Assembly (NCBI GenBank): GCA_001643675.2
Contig: LSRY02000009.1
Coordinates: 1-64,000, forward strand
Source: Monocercomonoides exilis PA203
Taxonomy: Eukaryota > Protista > Preaxostyla
Length of the DNA stretch: 64,000 nucleotides
Direction: 5' to 3'
Shown here: positions 63,802 through 64,000 of the stretch, in pieces
How positions within the stretch are numbered: the first letter of the stretch is position 1
Layout: every line of letters begins with the position of its first letter
The notes under the pieces: generated by a model
Database searches by the model: none
Seen by the model: only the letters and a program-made list of their open reading frames with translations
What the model was told of the DNA's origin: nothing
Program-made: the position numbers and the translations under genes

Positions 63802-64000
63802 CGCTGGTTAATCAACTTTTCTGTTTGATAAAATTAAATAATACTTTTGATCGATAAAAATTGCATGCAAAATACGTTTTGTTGTTAAAAATATTTGATA
63901 TATAATGAAATGCAGCGAAGCTTTGTTATAATCACAATTCATTATGCACGATTTTTAGTATTGAAACTGAGCTAGTTGGTAGATAACCCGGGTAAATTAT

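Overview
AT-rich eukaryotic DNA with short GT-AG introns and the standard genetic code. The gene families suggest an oxymonad such as Monocercomonoides (inference). Host genes: a 6-exon SDF2-like MIR-domain gene, a 3-exon TFIIIC TPR subunit (GTF3C3/Tfc4), two divergent low-complexity hypothetical genes, a 2596-aa receptor-like surface protein with a cytoplasmic pseudokinase, and four copies of one ~430-aa gene family (two intact, two decayed). The window is dense in DNA transposons. The main find is a 6.2-kb element (3911-10124) with ~515-bp terminal inverted repeats that are themselves nested palindromes. It encodes a Sola2-like DDD transposase fused in frame to a USP (peptidase C19) deubiquitinase domain with intact catalytic residues. 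Also present: a 2.8-kb pogo/Fot1-like DD35D element with 43-bp TIRs and TA TSD, a decayed Merlin transposase that the ORF track mostly misses, a Merlin-type MITE with an 8-bp TSD, a second GGTAAG-ended MITE candidate upstream of SDF2, and a 747-bp fold-back with 281-bp arms.
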